From Nymphaea colorata (taxonomy: Eukaryota), in contig NC_045138.2 of assembly GCF_008831285.2 (NCBI RefSeq), positions 19,964,001-20,028,000 of the forward strand: a stretch of DNA of 64,000 bases. The letters run 5' to 3'. Below the pieces are notes generated by a model. That model was not told the DNA's origin. It searched no databases and worked only from the letters and a program-made list of their open reading frames with translations. Below are positions 11,442-22,878 of the stretch, one piece after another; position 1 is the first letter of the stretch, and each line of letters opens with the position of its first letter. Made by a program: the position numbers and the translations under genes.

Positions 11442-12784
11442 TGTCATACGGTTATATATATAAGCTATACTTCTAGGGCGAAAACAAGCATGATCCCATC
11501 TTATTGCATGGATTTTTTATTTTTATTTTTGTAGATTTGGTTTTGTCAACTTTTATTTTTATTTTTTTAATAAAAGGTTAATTAATGTTTTTCCAAAATC
11601 TCACAAGAATTGTGTGATCGGTGCATTCTGTCTAAATACTTTTGGTCAATATTTTTGTAATGTTGGCCCCTGAACTACGTTGCTAACTAAAAAAAATCAT
11701 GATTTTGTATGCATACAAAATTTATGAAAGAAAATTAAGTAAGATTGTAAATTGTGAATCCTTGTAGAATTCAAGCAATGAATCAGGTGTTGCTGATATT
11801 ATTTTCGAATCTTATAACTTAGGGCAATATGAATGTGACCGTACAGGTGCGTTTATTAAAAATTGGCTGCAATGGTTGATGACGTCCCAAGATCTGATAT
11901 TTGATTTGGGAACCAATTAATAAATGTAGATGACCCGAGATCATCTGACCATGATGTGTTTGTCATGAACTCAGAGATTTGAAATCCATGGATCCGACAG
12001 GGCATGGTTTTGATCATTGATGTGGTAAAAGATCTATGGTAAAATTAATGGTTCACCAAGCTAAGGATTTATGCTAATCCTAATGTATACTTAATATTTT
12101 TTTTTCTGCATTAAGAAAAATCAGATTTACAATCGAAGGGAGGAGGGTCTGACCTTAAAATCCACAGTTTTTAAGTCCTGATGATTTTAAGTCCGGGCAA
12201 TTATAATGCTCTCAAGTTTGGTTGGATGGTAATACAATGGTCCAGCTTGACTTATACCGGACCCGGTTTCAATTATGGATCTGACACTAGACCTATTGGA
12301 TCTTGTCGAAGTCCTATCTTTGAACCCGAGAAACAGACAACCGAAGATTTTTTAATATACTTTCCAGAAATTGCTTTTTTGGCAAATTGGAACTCATACT
12401 AATATCTAGTTTTAGCGCCTTAGCCTCCGTTTCCTGTATCAAAGTCCCCAACTCTGAATTTCTAGGATTTTCCAAGATAAACACCCATTAGTGAAGTGAT
12501 CAAGTCAATTGGCGATCAGGCCCTAGCTTCCTAAAAATACATTTAATAAGATTCAAGCATTTATTAATTTACTTTAGTTTGCAAAATTGGATAGTGGGTA
12601 TCCCATCGACCCATATTCAATTAATTAGTTGATTTAAGAAACTGACTTATTTACTGTCTTTTCATCGGTTTAAGAGCTTTTTGTTTTTTCTCTACATATT
12701 TACCATCAGAATAAAAATTATCGGTCCTATATATAGGTAAAAAAACGGGTGTATTATATCTTAACTTTTGAAGATTATTCTTCA

Positions 12785-12793
12785 AAACCCTAA
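12785..12793 (+). promoter_or_regulatory. Telo-box-like motif (AAACCCTAA) upstream of MCTP
   Basis: Exact AAACCCTAA about 310 bp upstream of the MCTP ATG. It is a single short motif and may be chance. Confidence 0.25.
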
Positions 12794-13096
12794 GTTTCCT
12801 CTATTTTTTGGATTTTGGATTTTGGATCAGATCCAGGCGAAGCCAGACCGGGCTCCATCCACTCCAGTGGGTGGGGTGGTCTGCAGAAAGGAATCTCTGC
12901 AGAGATAATGGAATGGGTTTAAGAAAAAGTAGGATGGATTGCAGGTGAAGCAATTCGCTTTTCTGCGTCTCCGACTGTCCGTCGTGGGCGGCCTCACTTT
13001 TGTTTCTTCACTAAATAAAGAAGACCACTAACCCCCTTTTTACACCTCATCCTTCCCCTTCGCCCTTCCTTGATCATGTGACCGCACTCCTCGGCC

Positions 13097-16000
13097 ATGG
13101 CTACCAGAAAGCTCGTCGTCGAGATCATAGACGCGCAGCAGCTCCTTCCCAAAGACGGCACCGGCACGTCCAGCCCCTACGTCGTCGCCGATTTCGATGG
13201 CCAGCGCAAGAAGACGCGGACGGTTCACAGAGACTTGAACCCCAAGTGGAACGAGGTGCTCGAGTTCCATGTGTCCCGTCCGAAGAACATGGCCGGAGAA
13301 GTCCTAGAGATCGACGTTTACCACGACAAGCACCTCGGACCGACGCGGCGCAACAATTTCCTCGGCCGTCTCCGCCTGGACTCCGGCCAGTTTGTGAGGA
13401 AAGGGGAGGAAGCTCTTATCTATTACCCCTTGGAGAGGAAGAGCCTCCTGAATTGGGTGCAGGGCGAAATCGGATTGAAGATTTATTACGTCGACGAGCC
13501 GATCCCGGCACCGGTCGAAGAACAACCACCACCACCACCACCGGCGGAGGAGCAGCAACCACCTCCACCAGCATCGGCTGAAGAGCAATCAGCAGCACCA
13601 CCACCACCACCACTACAAGCTGAAGCGCCGCCTCCGCCTGAACCACCATTGCCAGAATCGGCATCGGAAAACCCTCCCGGACCGCAATCACCACCTGAAA
13701 CCAATCCGGCGCCAGAAAACCCTCCGCCGCCGCCGCCGCCGGAGACCGCCACCCAACAACCAACAGCAAATGCGTCGGCGGACCCACCGCCAGAACCAAT
13801 ACCTGGGGAAAATGCTCCAACAAACTACGGAAGGGAAAGCAACACGTCCGCTATACCCATGCAGTATGGTCCCCATCTCAGGCAGAGGATCTTCACGCCG
13901 GCGACGCCGGACGTCTATCCCCGGGAGATCGCGACGTCATATACGGATGGGGGTCAACGGGAACGTTCCTCGTTCGACCTCGTGGACAAGATGGAGTACC
14001 TCTTCGTCCGAGTCGTCAAGGCGCGGTGTCTCGGCGATCCACAGCCCGCAGCTCCCTTCGTGAAAATAGAAGTCTCGGGCCGAACCGCCCGCTGTGGACC
14101 GGCTCGGAAAATGGCGACCTGCGAGTGGGAAGAGACATTCGCCTTCGGCCGGGAGATCGCCGCCTCAGCTTCCACCCTGGAAGTCTCCGTCTGGGACTCA
14201 CCGGAATCCAGCAACAGTGAGGGATCGGCACCGGAAGTCTTCCTCGGTGGGGTTTGTTTTGACCTACTGGAGATCCCGACTCGCGTGCCGCCCGACAGCC
14301 CGTTGGCTCCACAATGGTATCGACTCGAGGGAGGTGAGTCGCCGACCGGGGTCTCAGGAGACGTGATGCTCGCCGTCTGGTTCGGGACGCAGGCAGACGA
14401 GTCGTTCCCGGAGGCATGGTATTCGGACACAGCCGTCGGCGCTAGCTGCCGGTCGAAGGTCTACATCTCACCGAAGCTCTGGTACCTTCGCACCACCGTC
14501 ATCGAGGCACAGGACCTACCTCACGGCACCGGAATCTGCGTCCGAGCGCAGCTTGGGTTCCAAATCCTGAAGACTCGAAAATCAACCACCCGGAACGGCT
14601 CGCTCTCCTGGAACGAGGATCTCGTCTTAGTCGCGGCCGAGCCGTTCGAGGAGCAGCTCGCCCTCACGGTGGAAAGCTTCGCCGGCAAGGACTCGTCGGT
14701 GCTCGGCCAGGTCTTAGTGCCGCTAACCGGGATCGAGCGACGGGTCGACAATCGGTTGGTGGCATCTCGGTGGCTCGACGTGGGCGAGTCGGGCCAGGCA
14801 GGGACGTACCAGGGTCGACTCCACGTCCGTCTCTGCTTCGACGGAGGCTACCACGTGATGGACGAGTGGACCCACCTGAGCAGCGACTTCCGGCCCACGG
14901 CGAAGCAGCTCTGGCGTCCGGCCGTCGGAAAATTGGAACTCGGCATTCTCGGCGGCCGGAACCTTCTCCCCATGAAGACCAAAAACGGAAAGGGGTCCAC
15001 CGATGCCTACTGCGTAGCTAAGTATGGCGAAAAATGGGTTCGGACCCGAACCATGACCGACAGTTTAAATCCGGTCTGGAATGAGCAATACACGTGGCAG
15101 GTGTACGACCCATGCACGACCCTTACCGTATCAGTGTTCGACAACTGGCAGATCTATGCTGACGTGGCCGAGCCAGAGAAGCGGGTCAAGCCAGAATGTC
15201 GGATCGGGAAAGTCCGGATCCGAGTATCGGCTTTGGAGAGTGGGAAGGTGTACAAAAACTCTTACCCTCTGATGCTTCTACTGCCACCTGGCTTGAAGCG
15301 AATGGGTGAGCTTGATCTTGCAGTTCGCTTCTCCCGCATCTCGGAGCTCGAGGTTTTGCACGCTTATGTGCAACCGCTTCTCCCGCCGATGCATTACACC
15401 CGTCCGATGGGCATCACGCAGCAGGAGGCGCTCCGCAACGTGGCGGCGCGGATCGTCGCGCAGAGGCTGGCGCGGGCGGAGCCGCCGCTGAGGCGGGAGG
15501 CGGTGCTCTACATGCTGGAGGCGGACGCGCACGCTTGGAGTATCCGGCGCACGCGGGCGAACTGGTACCGGATTGTGAACGTGCTGTCTCCGGCGGTGGA
15601 CGTCCTGAGGTGGACGGACGACGTCCGCCGGTGGAGGAACCCGGCGACCTCGATGCTCGTGCATTTCCTCGCGGTGCTGCTCGTCTGTTTCCCGGAGCTC
15701 ATCGTCCCCACGCTCTTCTGTTACGTATTCTTCCTGGGAACGTGGAACTACAAGTACAAGCCGCGATCCCCTCCCCAGATCGACGCCAAGCTCTCGCTGG
15801 CGGACGTGGCCGAGGGCGACGACCTCGACGAGGAGTTCGACCCGATACCGTCGGTCCGGCCGCCGGAGGTAGTCCGCGCACGGTACGATCGGCTGCGGCT
15901 GCTAGCGGCGCGAGTGCAGACGGTGTTGGGGGACCTGGCGGCGCAAGGGGAGCGGGTGCAGGCGCTGGTGTGCTGGCGGGACCCGCGAGCGACGGGAATA

Positions 16001-16174
16001 TTCTTGGGGATGTGCTTCTTGGCTGCGGCGGTGCTGTACCTGGTGCCGCTGAAGGTGGTGGCGATCGCCTTCGTCTTCTACTGTCTCCGGCACCCGATGT
16101 TTCGGGACCCCATGCCGGCTCCCGTGCTCAGCTTCCTTCGCCGGCTTCCTTCCCTTTCCGAGCGAGTCGTCTGA
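13097..16174 (+). CDS. MCTP: Multiple C2 domain and transmembrane region protein (MCTP; FTIP/QUIRKY family, most like MCTP16), intronless, 1025 aa
   Basis: Single GC-rich ORF. It has an N-terminal C2 domain (RKLVVEIIDAQQLLPKDGTGTSSPYVV...DLNPKWNE), a Pro/Glu-rich linker and the FDLVDKMEYLFVRVVKAR motif. Further C2 domains follow (SPKLWYLRTTVIEAQDL; STDAYCVAKYGEKWVRTRT...PVWNEQYTW). The C-terminal PRT-C/transmembrane region reads DDLDEEFD...RYDRLR...GERVQAL..WRDPRAT. The RRNNFLGR...GEEALIYYPLE...VQGEIGL segment resembles Arabidopsis MCTP16 as recalled; the subclade call is not computed. Confidence 0.96.
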   Translation: MATRKLVVEIIDAQQLLPKDGTGTSSPYVVADFDGQRKKTRTVHRDLNPKWNEVLEFHVSRPKNMAGEVLEIDVYHDKHLGPTRRNNFLGRLRLDSGQFVRKGEEALIYYPLERKSLLNWVQGEIGLKIYYVDEPIPAPVEEQPPPPPPAEEQQPPPPASAEEQSAAPPPPPLQAEAPPPPEPPLPESASENPPGPQSPPETNPAPENPPPPPPPETATQQPTANASADPPPEPIPGENAPTNYGRESNTSAIPMQYGPHLRQRIFTPATPDVYPREIATSYTDGGQRERSSFDLVDKMEYLFVRVVKARCLGDPQPAAPFVKIEVSGRTARCGPARKMATCEWEETFAFGREIAASASTLEVSVWDSPESSNSEGSAPEVFLGGVCFDLLEIPTRVPPDSPLAPQWYRLEGGESPTGVSGDVMLAVWFGTQADESFPEAWYSDTAVGASCRSKVYISPKLWYLRTTVIEAQDLPHGTGICVRAQLGFQILKTRKSTTRNGSLSWNEDLVLVAAEPFEEQLALTVESFAGKDSSVLGQVLVPLTGIERRVDNRLVASRWLDVGESGQAGTYQGRLHVRLCFDGGYHVMDEWTHLSSDFRPTAKQLWRPAVGKLELGILGGRNLLPMKTKNGKGSTDAYCVAKYGEKWVRTRTMTDSLNPVWNEQYTWQVYDPCTTLTVSVFDNWQIYADVAEPEKRVKPECRIGKVRIRVSALESGKVYKNSYPLMLLLPPGLKRMGELDLAVRFSRISELEVLHAYVQPLLPPMHYTRPMGITQQEALRNVAARIVAQRLARAEPPLRREAVLYMLEADAHAWSIRRTRANWYRIVNVLSPAVDVLRWTDDVRRWRNPATSMLVHFLAVLLVCFPELIVPTLFCYVFFLGTWNYKYKPRSPPQIDAKLSLADVAEGDDLDEEFDPIPSVRPPEVVRARYDRLRLLAARVQTVLGDLAAQGERVQALVCWRDPRATGIFLGMCFLAAAVLYLVPLKVVAIAFVFYCLRHPMFRDPMPAPVLSFLRRLPSLSERVV

Positions 16175-18199
16175 TCGATCGATGGGAGAAAAGACAAGAC
16201 AAAAAGGGGGGGGGGGGGAAAAAAAACCTCAGGGTTTGTGATTCTGATCACATATCGAATACATGTAATTAAAAACAAAGTTCTTCTGAACATTTTTGTA
16301 AGAATAAGTAAATTCTTGGTCTTCTCATTCTGGTTCAATGTTGTTCTCTGTCTCACATGGCTTGTGACTTGCTTCCTTTATGAAGGCCCCATACCATATC
16401 TTTCCTTTCGCTTTCGCTTTCGTTTGCAGATTTCTGCAACTCTTCAGCTTTTGCTCCCTACCTGCTTTTGACTGTATCGACTACTTTTTTTGCCGATGAA
16501 GGAAAGTAACGCCACCGAAAGTAACTGATGAATGGTTTATATGGGAAGCATTGGGCGACTACCACGAGGGAGGTCGAGTCGAGTCCCACAAATTTCCAAT
16601 TATTTGTTGGTATTCGAAAGAGATTTGGATCTGTATGTGGCTTAGTGGGTCGGCCCGACAAGTTATCGAACTGATCCGGGCCGTAGGCCTGGGCTTGAGC
16701 CCTGACCCAAGGTGGGCCGGGTACTGGGTACCAGACCCAACCCATTGCCATCCGGCCCAATTTCCTTCAAGCTTCAGATTTGAACCAAACTCAAAATCTG
16801 GATAAGCTTTTCAAAGGGGAGTAAATATCGGGCTCATTGCTCACCCTTATGGGACCATCATCATCCTTCCTCGACTCCCCAAGAAAGCAGAGGTGGGGTG
16901 AAAAGGATTGTCGGTTAGGCGTCATAGAAGCTTTTCAAATTTCAATTTTACCTATTAAAATTTTCAGATATTTTAATTCAACCTCTTTATTATTTTTGAA
17001 AAAGAGGAGGGTTTTTTTTTAAAAAAAAAAACTATTTAGTGATCGCAAGATTGTTCGGCACAGTAAAAATAATGTCAAAACATGGGTGTGACCGCAGCAG
17101 ATCAAATGCAGGTTAGTTCTTATAGTTGGATCCAGTATTTGGGTTTGAAATCCTAAAACTTGATGTCATTGTGAAAAAATGGACCTGGATCGAAAATATG
17201 AGTGCAATACCATGTCAAAAATAAGCCACTCTAGGTGCCAACAGAAGCTTTCATTTTGAGATGTAACCCTAATGCAACAAAATTTGGTTCTGATTTACTT
17301 GGATCCATGTCCATAGTTTATGAGCAAGTAAGAACTGAAGAAGGAAATGGAAATGGGCATAATGTTTGTGCTTAGGTATGTAAATGGATTATGTATAGGT
17401 CAATCTCAATCTAATTACGAATCCATTTTGAGAAATCTGGTAAAAAGCTTCAAATCCAATTTATAATCAGCTCCATATCCAATATGCAGCTTCAAGAGGC
17501 CATGGGAGCAATAACTTGTGTGGGATTGGCCATGTGTCTTGCCATGATCTGAAACTTTGTTTGGGAAATAGAATAATATGTACCTGTTTCATAAATATAG
17601 CCCAAAGTTTAGTGGTAGATTCATGAAACATCTTAAAAAATGTTATGAGAATGTCCTCAATTTTTTATACAAATCCATGAAACAGTTATAAACTATAGCA
17701 TTTATCATATGATTCTTAAGTATATCACCATATTTACACATTAGTCTTCCATGCCCTCCTACTAAAGGTATATAAAGGGTGCACATTGGTTTTCAAGGCT
17801 TTCAATACGAGATAGAAACCAAGCTCTAAAAAATTGGATCAGAAATTAAATTGGATCAGTTCAAGGCAAAACCTAATTCTTCATAACAACAGTGCGTTTT
17901 TCTTTTTTCCTTTTGGTGGATCGTCAGTCTTGCTGATTAATGATTGAAATCAAATTGTTGGTCCATGCAAAATACTTTCCATTACTGAACATGAAAAGGG
18001 TGATTCACAAATTATGGACCAATTAGAATGAAATATTTCATCAACCACAACCAGCTCCACTTATTAATTAATAACTTTCATGGGACCAATTTATATAGTT
18101 ACACTTTGTATTTCCATGACAAGCTCATGTCACCAAGTTCGTTATAATATGGCAAAGCACGGCAGGTTGATGCACCTAAGAGCCAAAAAATTGCTCAAA

Positions 18200-21100
18200 T
18201 AAGAATGTATATGAAGCCATGGAATGCTTACGATTTTCTTTCTAGTGAATGAACAATTTATGGAGTGTCAGCATCCAAGAATACTTGTGTTAATTCAAGA
18301 AAGTAAATATTTTATCTTATGTTATTGTCTTAATGCATATTTATTTATATGTGTTATACAGAATGTATAATTAAAACATTGAGATAAATTATTATGTTTT
18401 AGAAGTATTATTAGAAAAGAAGATAAATTATATGTTTAAGAAGATATTTATAGGATAAGAATAATGTGTTTTGATGTTCTCAAGGTTACACTATAATGGA
18501 AAATAATTTGTGAAATAAATGTAATACGTTAAAAGATATTAGGAATGTTGCCCAAAGAAAAAAGCTAGAATACCGCTTGATTATTTATGAAATAAATAAT
18601 CCTGAGAGGACTGTATATAAAGCTATGGGATGCTTACAATTTTCTCTCTAGTTAATGAACAATTCATAGAGTGTCAACATCCATGAATTCTTGATGTTGT
18701 AGCAACAAGTAGAAAACATTTTAAGTTTGAAAAAGTAGAATGGTAGTTCTTTTATGAAAGTAGAATATTTTTAATCCTCTTAGCTATCTTCATTTGGTAT
18801 ATTTTTCAATGAATCACAATGACATGAATTTATATTAGCATTCATATTTAATATGAATATCAAAAGAAGTACTTTACTGAAAAACTTTATTATCTTTTTG
18901 TTCTATAAGACTTTCTGGCAAGTCCAGTAGCATAATATTTCAAAAACCAACTATAAAACTATTTAATTTTCAAACAATATAATTTGAAACACTGGCAATT
19001 CTTGGCCATGAATGAGCACGATCCTTTTCAATAGGCCTTGTAATTACTTATCTTGCATGAACACATCAACATACATATTAGATATCTATCTTAGCATTGC
19101 TTAGTGATCATGTATGCACCAACTTATTTTTTTAATACTTAAAATGGTCTTTTTTTATAAAGTTTGTTGAAGGGAAGAGAGAGATGAACAATGAGTGAAA
19201 GTAAAAGGAAGAGTGAAGTTGAAAAAGAAGATGATGTTGTTTTTTGTTAACATGAGTCATCTAATATCTTAAGGTATGATGGCCCATAGCAATGGGTAGG
19301 TCGATTATCTATACTATGCTAATTTACCATGTAAGTTGATTAGTCCTCAAGATGATGAAAATTAAGTTTAATATTAAATGTAGTTAATGGGATCATGTTA
19401 TATGCTAAATGTAGATTTTTGTTATCATTACAAGAATTGTGCTTCCACAAGTGTCTTACAAGCTCCTAGATATGATTTTCTTCACTTCCATTATTAGGAT
19501 TTCTGTTCAGTCCAACAGTTAGGATTATAAAAATAAATTGATTAAAAAAAGTACCTTATTCATGAATCTCTATTCACTAGTAAATATGTGGATAATTATC
19601 AATTTATATCTATGTACATACTTATTTATATCATTTCTTACTTTCAATAACTACAAGTAGTTTTTTGCTAATGTTGTTATGATGCAAGTGTATTAGCTAA
19701 ACTGTATAATTTCTCAATGAAAAGAATACAAACAAATTACTTTAAGCAAGTACATATTTTATTTTATCTTGTTGTCTTAATACATATTTATTTATATGTG
19801 TTATATAGAATGTACAATTAAAATATGAGATAAATTATTATGTTTTAAAAATATTATTAGAAAAGAAGATAAATTATATGTTTAAGAAGGTATTTGCAGG
19901 ATAAGAATAATGTGTTTTGATTTTCTCAAAGTTACACTATGGTAGAAAATAATTTGTAAAATAAATGTAATATTTTAAAAGATATTAAGAATGTTGCATA
20001 AAAAAAAGGCTAGAAGACCGCTTGATTATTTATGAAATAAATAATTCTGAGAGGAATCTATACAATGTCATAAAATGCTTACGATTTTCTCTCTAGTTAA
20101 GAACATCATTATCTTTTTCTTCTATAAGAACTTTTTGTAAGGCAAACACAGTATCATCATATTTCAAAAATCAATTATAAAAATATTTAATTTTTAGATA
20201 ATATAATTTAAAATACTCGCAATTCTTGGCCATGAATCAGCACAATCTTTTTCAATAGGCCTTATAATCACTTATCTTGCATGAACATATCAACATACAT
20301 ATTGGATATCCATCTTAACATTGTTTAATAATAATGTATGCACCAAATAAATATTTTGGAAGAAATATTTATAAAAAGAATGTATATTTTTGACACAGCT
20401 TAATTATTTATGAAATAAATAATCATAAAAAGAATGTATATAAAGTCATGGAATGCTTACGATTTTCTCTCTAATTAAGGAATAATTCATAGCGTTAGAA
20501 TACATGAATTTTTGTTGTTTTAGCAATAAATAGAAAACATTTTAAGTTTCAAAAAGTAGAATGGTGGTTCTTTTTTTAAAGTAGAATATTTTTCATCTCT
20601 TTAGCTATAGTTATTAGGTACATTTTCCAATGAATAACAAAGGCATGAGTCTATATTAGCATTCATTATAATATAAATATCAAAAGAAGTAACTTTATTG
20701 AAAAACTTCACTATCTTTTTGTTATGTAGGACTTTCTGTTATGGAAAATATAGTAGCATCATATTCTATAAAGCAATTATAAAACTATTTAATTTTGAGA
20801 CAATAAAATTTTTAACATTGACAATTCTTGGCCATGAATCAGCAGAATCCTTCCCAATAGACCTTGTAATTACTAATCCTCCATGAACATATCAACATAC
20901 ATATTACATATCCATCTTAACATTACTTAGTGATCATGTATGCACAAACTTATTTTTTTAGTACTTAAAATAGTCTTTCCATATAAAGCTAGTTGAAGGA
21001 AAAAGAGAGATGAACAAAGAGTGAAAGTAAAAGGAAGTGCTGAAATCGAAAAATAAATGATGTTGTTTTTTGTTAACATGAGTCATCTGATATCTTAAGA

Positions 21101-22545
21101 TAAGATGACCCACAACAATGGCTAGGTTTGACAAATTTCTTTATTAGTAAAATCAAGGTTATGTATACTATGCCAATTTGGTATGTAAGTTGATTAGTCG
21201 CCAAGATGGTGAAAGTTAAGTTTAATGCTAAGAGTATTGAATGAGATCATGTTATATACTAGATGTAGGTTTTTTGTTATCACTACAAGAACTGTCTCCA
21301 CAAGTGTCTTACAAGATCAAAGATATAACTTTATTTATTTACATTATTAAGATTTTATGTCGGCCTAATGATTAGAATTATAAACATAAATTGATTAGAA
21401 CAAGTACCTTGTTCATGAGTTTTTATTCACTAGTAAATCTGATGATAGCTATCAATTTTATCCTTATCTTCATGTTTTTACTTGTTTATATTATTCTTTA
21501 CTTTCAATAACTACCAATAACTACCAATGTAGTTTTTTGCTAGTGTTGTTATCATGCAAGTATATCAACTAAGTTGCATAACTTCTCAATGAAAAAAATA
21601 TAAACTGTTTATTTTAAGCAAGTAAATATTTTATCTTATATTATTATCTTAATGCATATTTATTTATATGTATTATATAGAATGTATAGTTACAACATGA
21701 GATAAATTATGACGTTTTAAAAGTATTATTATAAAAAAGATAAATTATATGTTTAAGAAGATATTTCTTGGATAAGAATAATGTGTTTTGATGTTCTAAA
21801 AGTTACACTAGGATAGAAAATAATTTGTGAAATAAATGTAATATTTTAAAAGATATTAAGAATGTTGCTTCAAGAAAAATGCTATTATGAAATAAATAAT
21901 GTTGAGAAGAATGTATACAAAGCCATGGAATGTTGACGATTTTCTTTCTAATTAAGGAACAATTTATGAAGTGTCAGCACTCATGAATTCTTGTTATTGG
22001 TTCTGGCAATAAATAGAAAACATTTCAAGTTTGAAAAAGTAGAATGGTATTTCTTTTCTGAAAGTAAAATGTTTCTCATCATCTTAGCTATCGTCATTGG
22101 GTACATTTTCAAATGAATCAGAAGGGCATGAGTTTATATTAGCATTCATATTTAATATGAATATTAAAAGAATTACTTTTCTGAAAAACTTCATTATCTT
22201 TTTGTTTTATAAGACTTTCTGGTAAGCCAAAACACAAGTGTCTTACAGGCACCCATATATAATTTTATTCACTTTCATTATTAGGATTTTCCTTCATCCC
22301 AACGGTTAGGATTATAAACATAAATTGATTGGAACAAGTACCTTGTTCATAAGTTTCTATTCACTAGTAAATTTGAGGATAACTATCAATTTTATATTTA
22401 TCTCCATGTTCATGCGTATTTATTCCTTTCTTTCAATAACTACCAATATAGCTTTTTTTCTAGTGTTGTTATCATGCAAGTGTATCAACTAAGCTGTATA
22501 ACTTTTCAATGAAAATAATATAAACTGCTCACTTTAAGGAAGTAA
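18200..22545. repeat. Degenerate AT-rich tandem array of about three unequal units
   Basis: Recurring blocks: CTTAAT.CATATTTATTTATATGT at ~18328/19777/21647; GCAATTCTTGGCCATGAAT-like at ~18995/20219/20821; CAAGTGTCTTACA at ~19448/21300/22234; TCAATGAAAA ends at ~19715/21587/22507. Confidence 0.85.
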
Positions 22546-22550
22546 AATAT

Positions 22551-22878
22551 GGAGCTGTTTGGATGACAATCTAAAACTAGGTCTTGGGAGACTAAACATG
22601 GTTTTGCTCCAAAACACAATTTTAAGAGTGTTTGGATGACATTCAAACTGGTTTTCTCAAAGCTGGTTTTCACGAAGGGCCTGTCCCCCAAGTTTTTATG
22701 GTAAAGTTAATTTTTGCATCTAAACAAAGTTTTTCACTTGTCAACCAAACATTCAAACCAAGTTTACAAAACTGAGTTTTGAACCGGATTTTTAAAATTG
22801 GGGTTTTGACAAAACCAAGTATTTGAAATTGTAGTTTCACAAAACCAAATTTTGTTGATGGTGTCATCCAAATGCCCT
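22551..22878. mobile_element. Tourist-like MITE
   Basis: G.TGTTTGGATGACA ... TGTCATCCAAATGCCC inverted termini. A related copy lies at about 53177-53456. Confidence 0.7.

Noticed and set aside
13040..16356. Many overlapping alternative-frame and antisense ORFs (e.g. 15535-16272, 13078-13581, 13954-14430)
   Set aside because: Shadow ORFs caused by the high GC content of the MCTP CDS; no recognisable domains.
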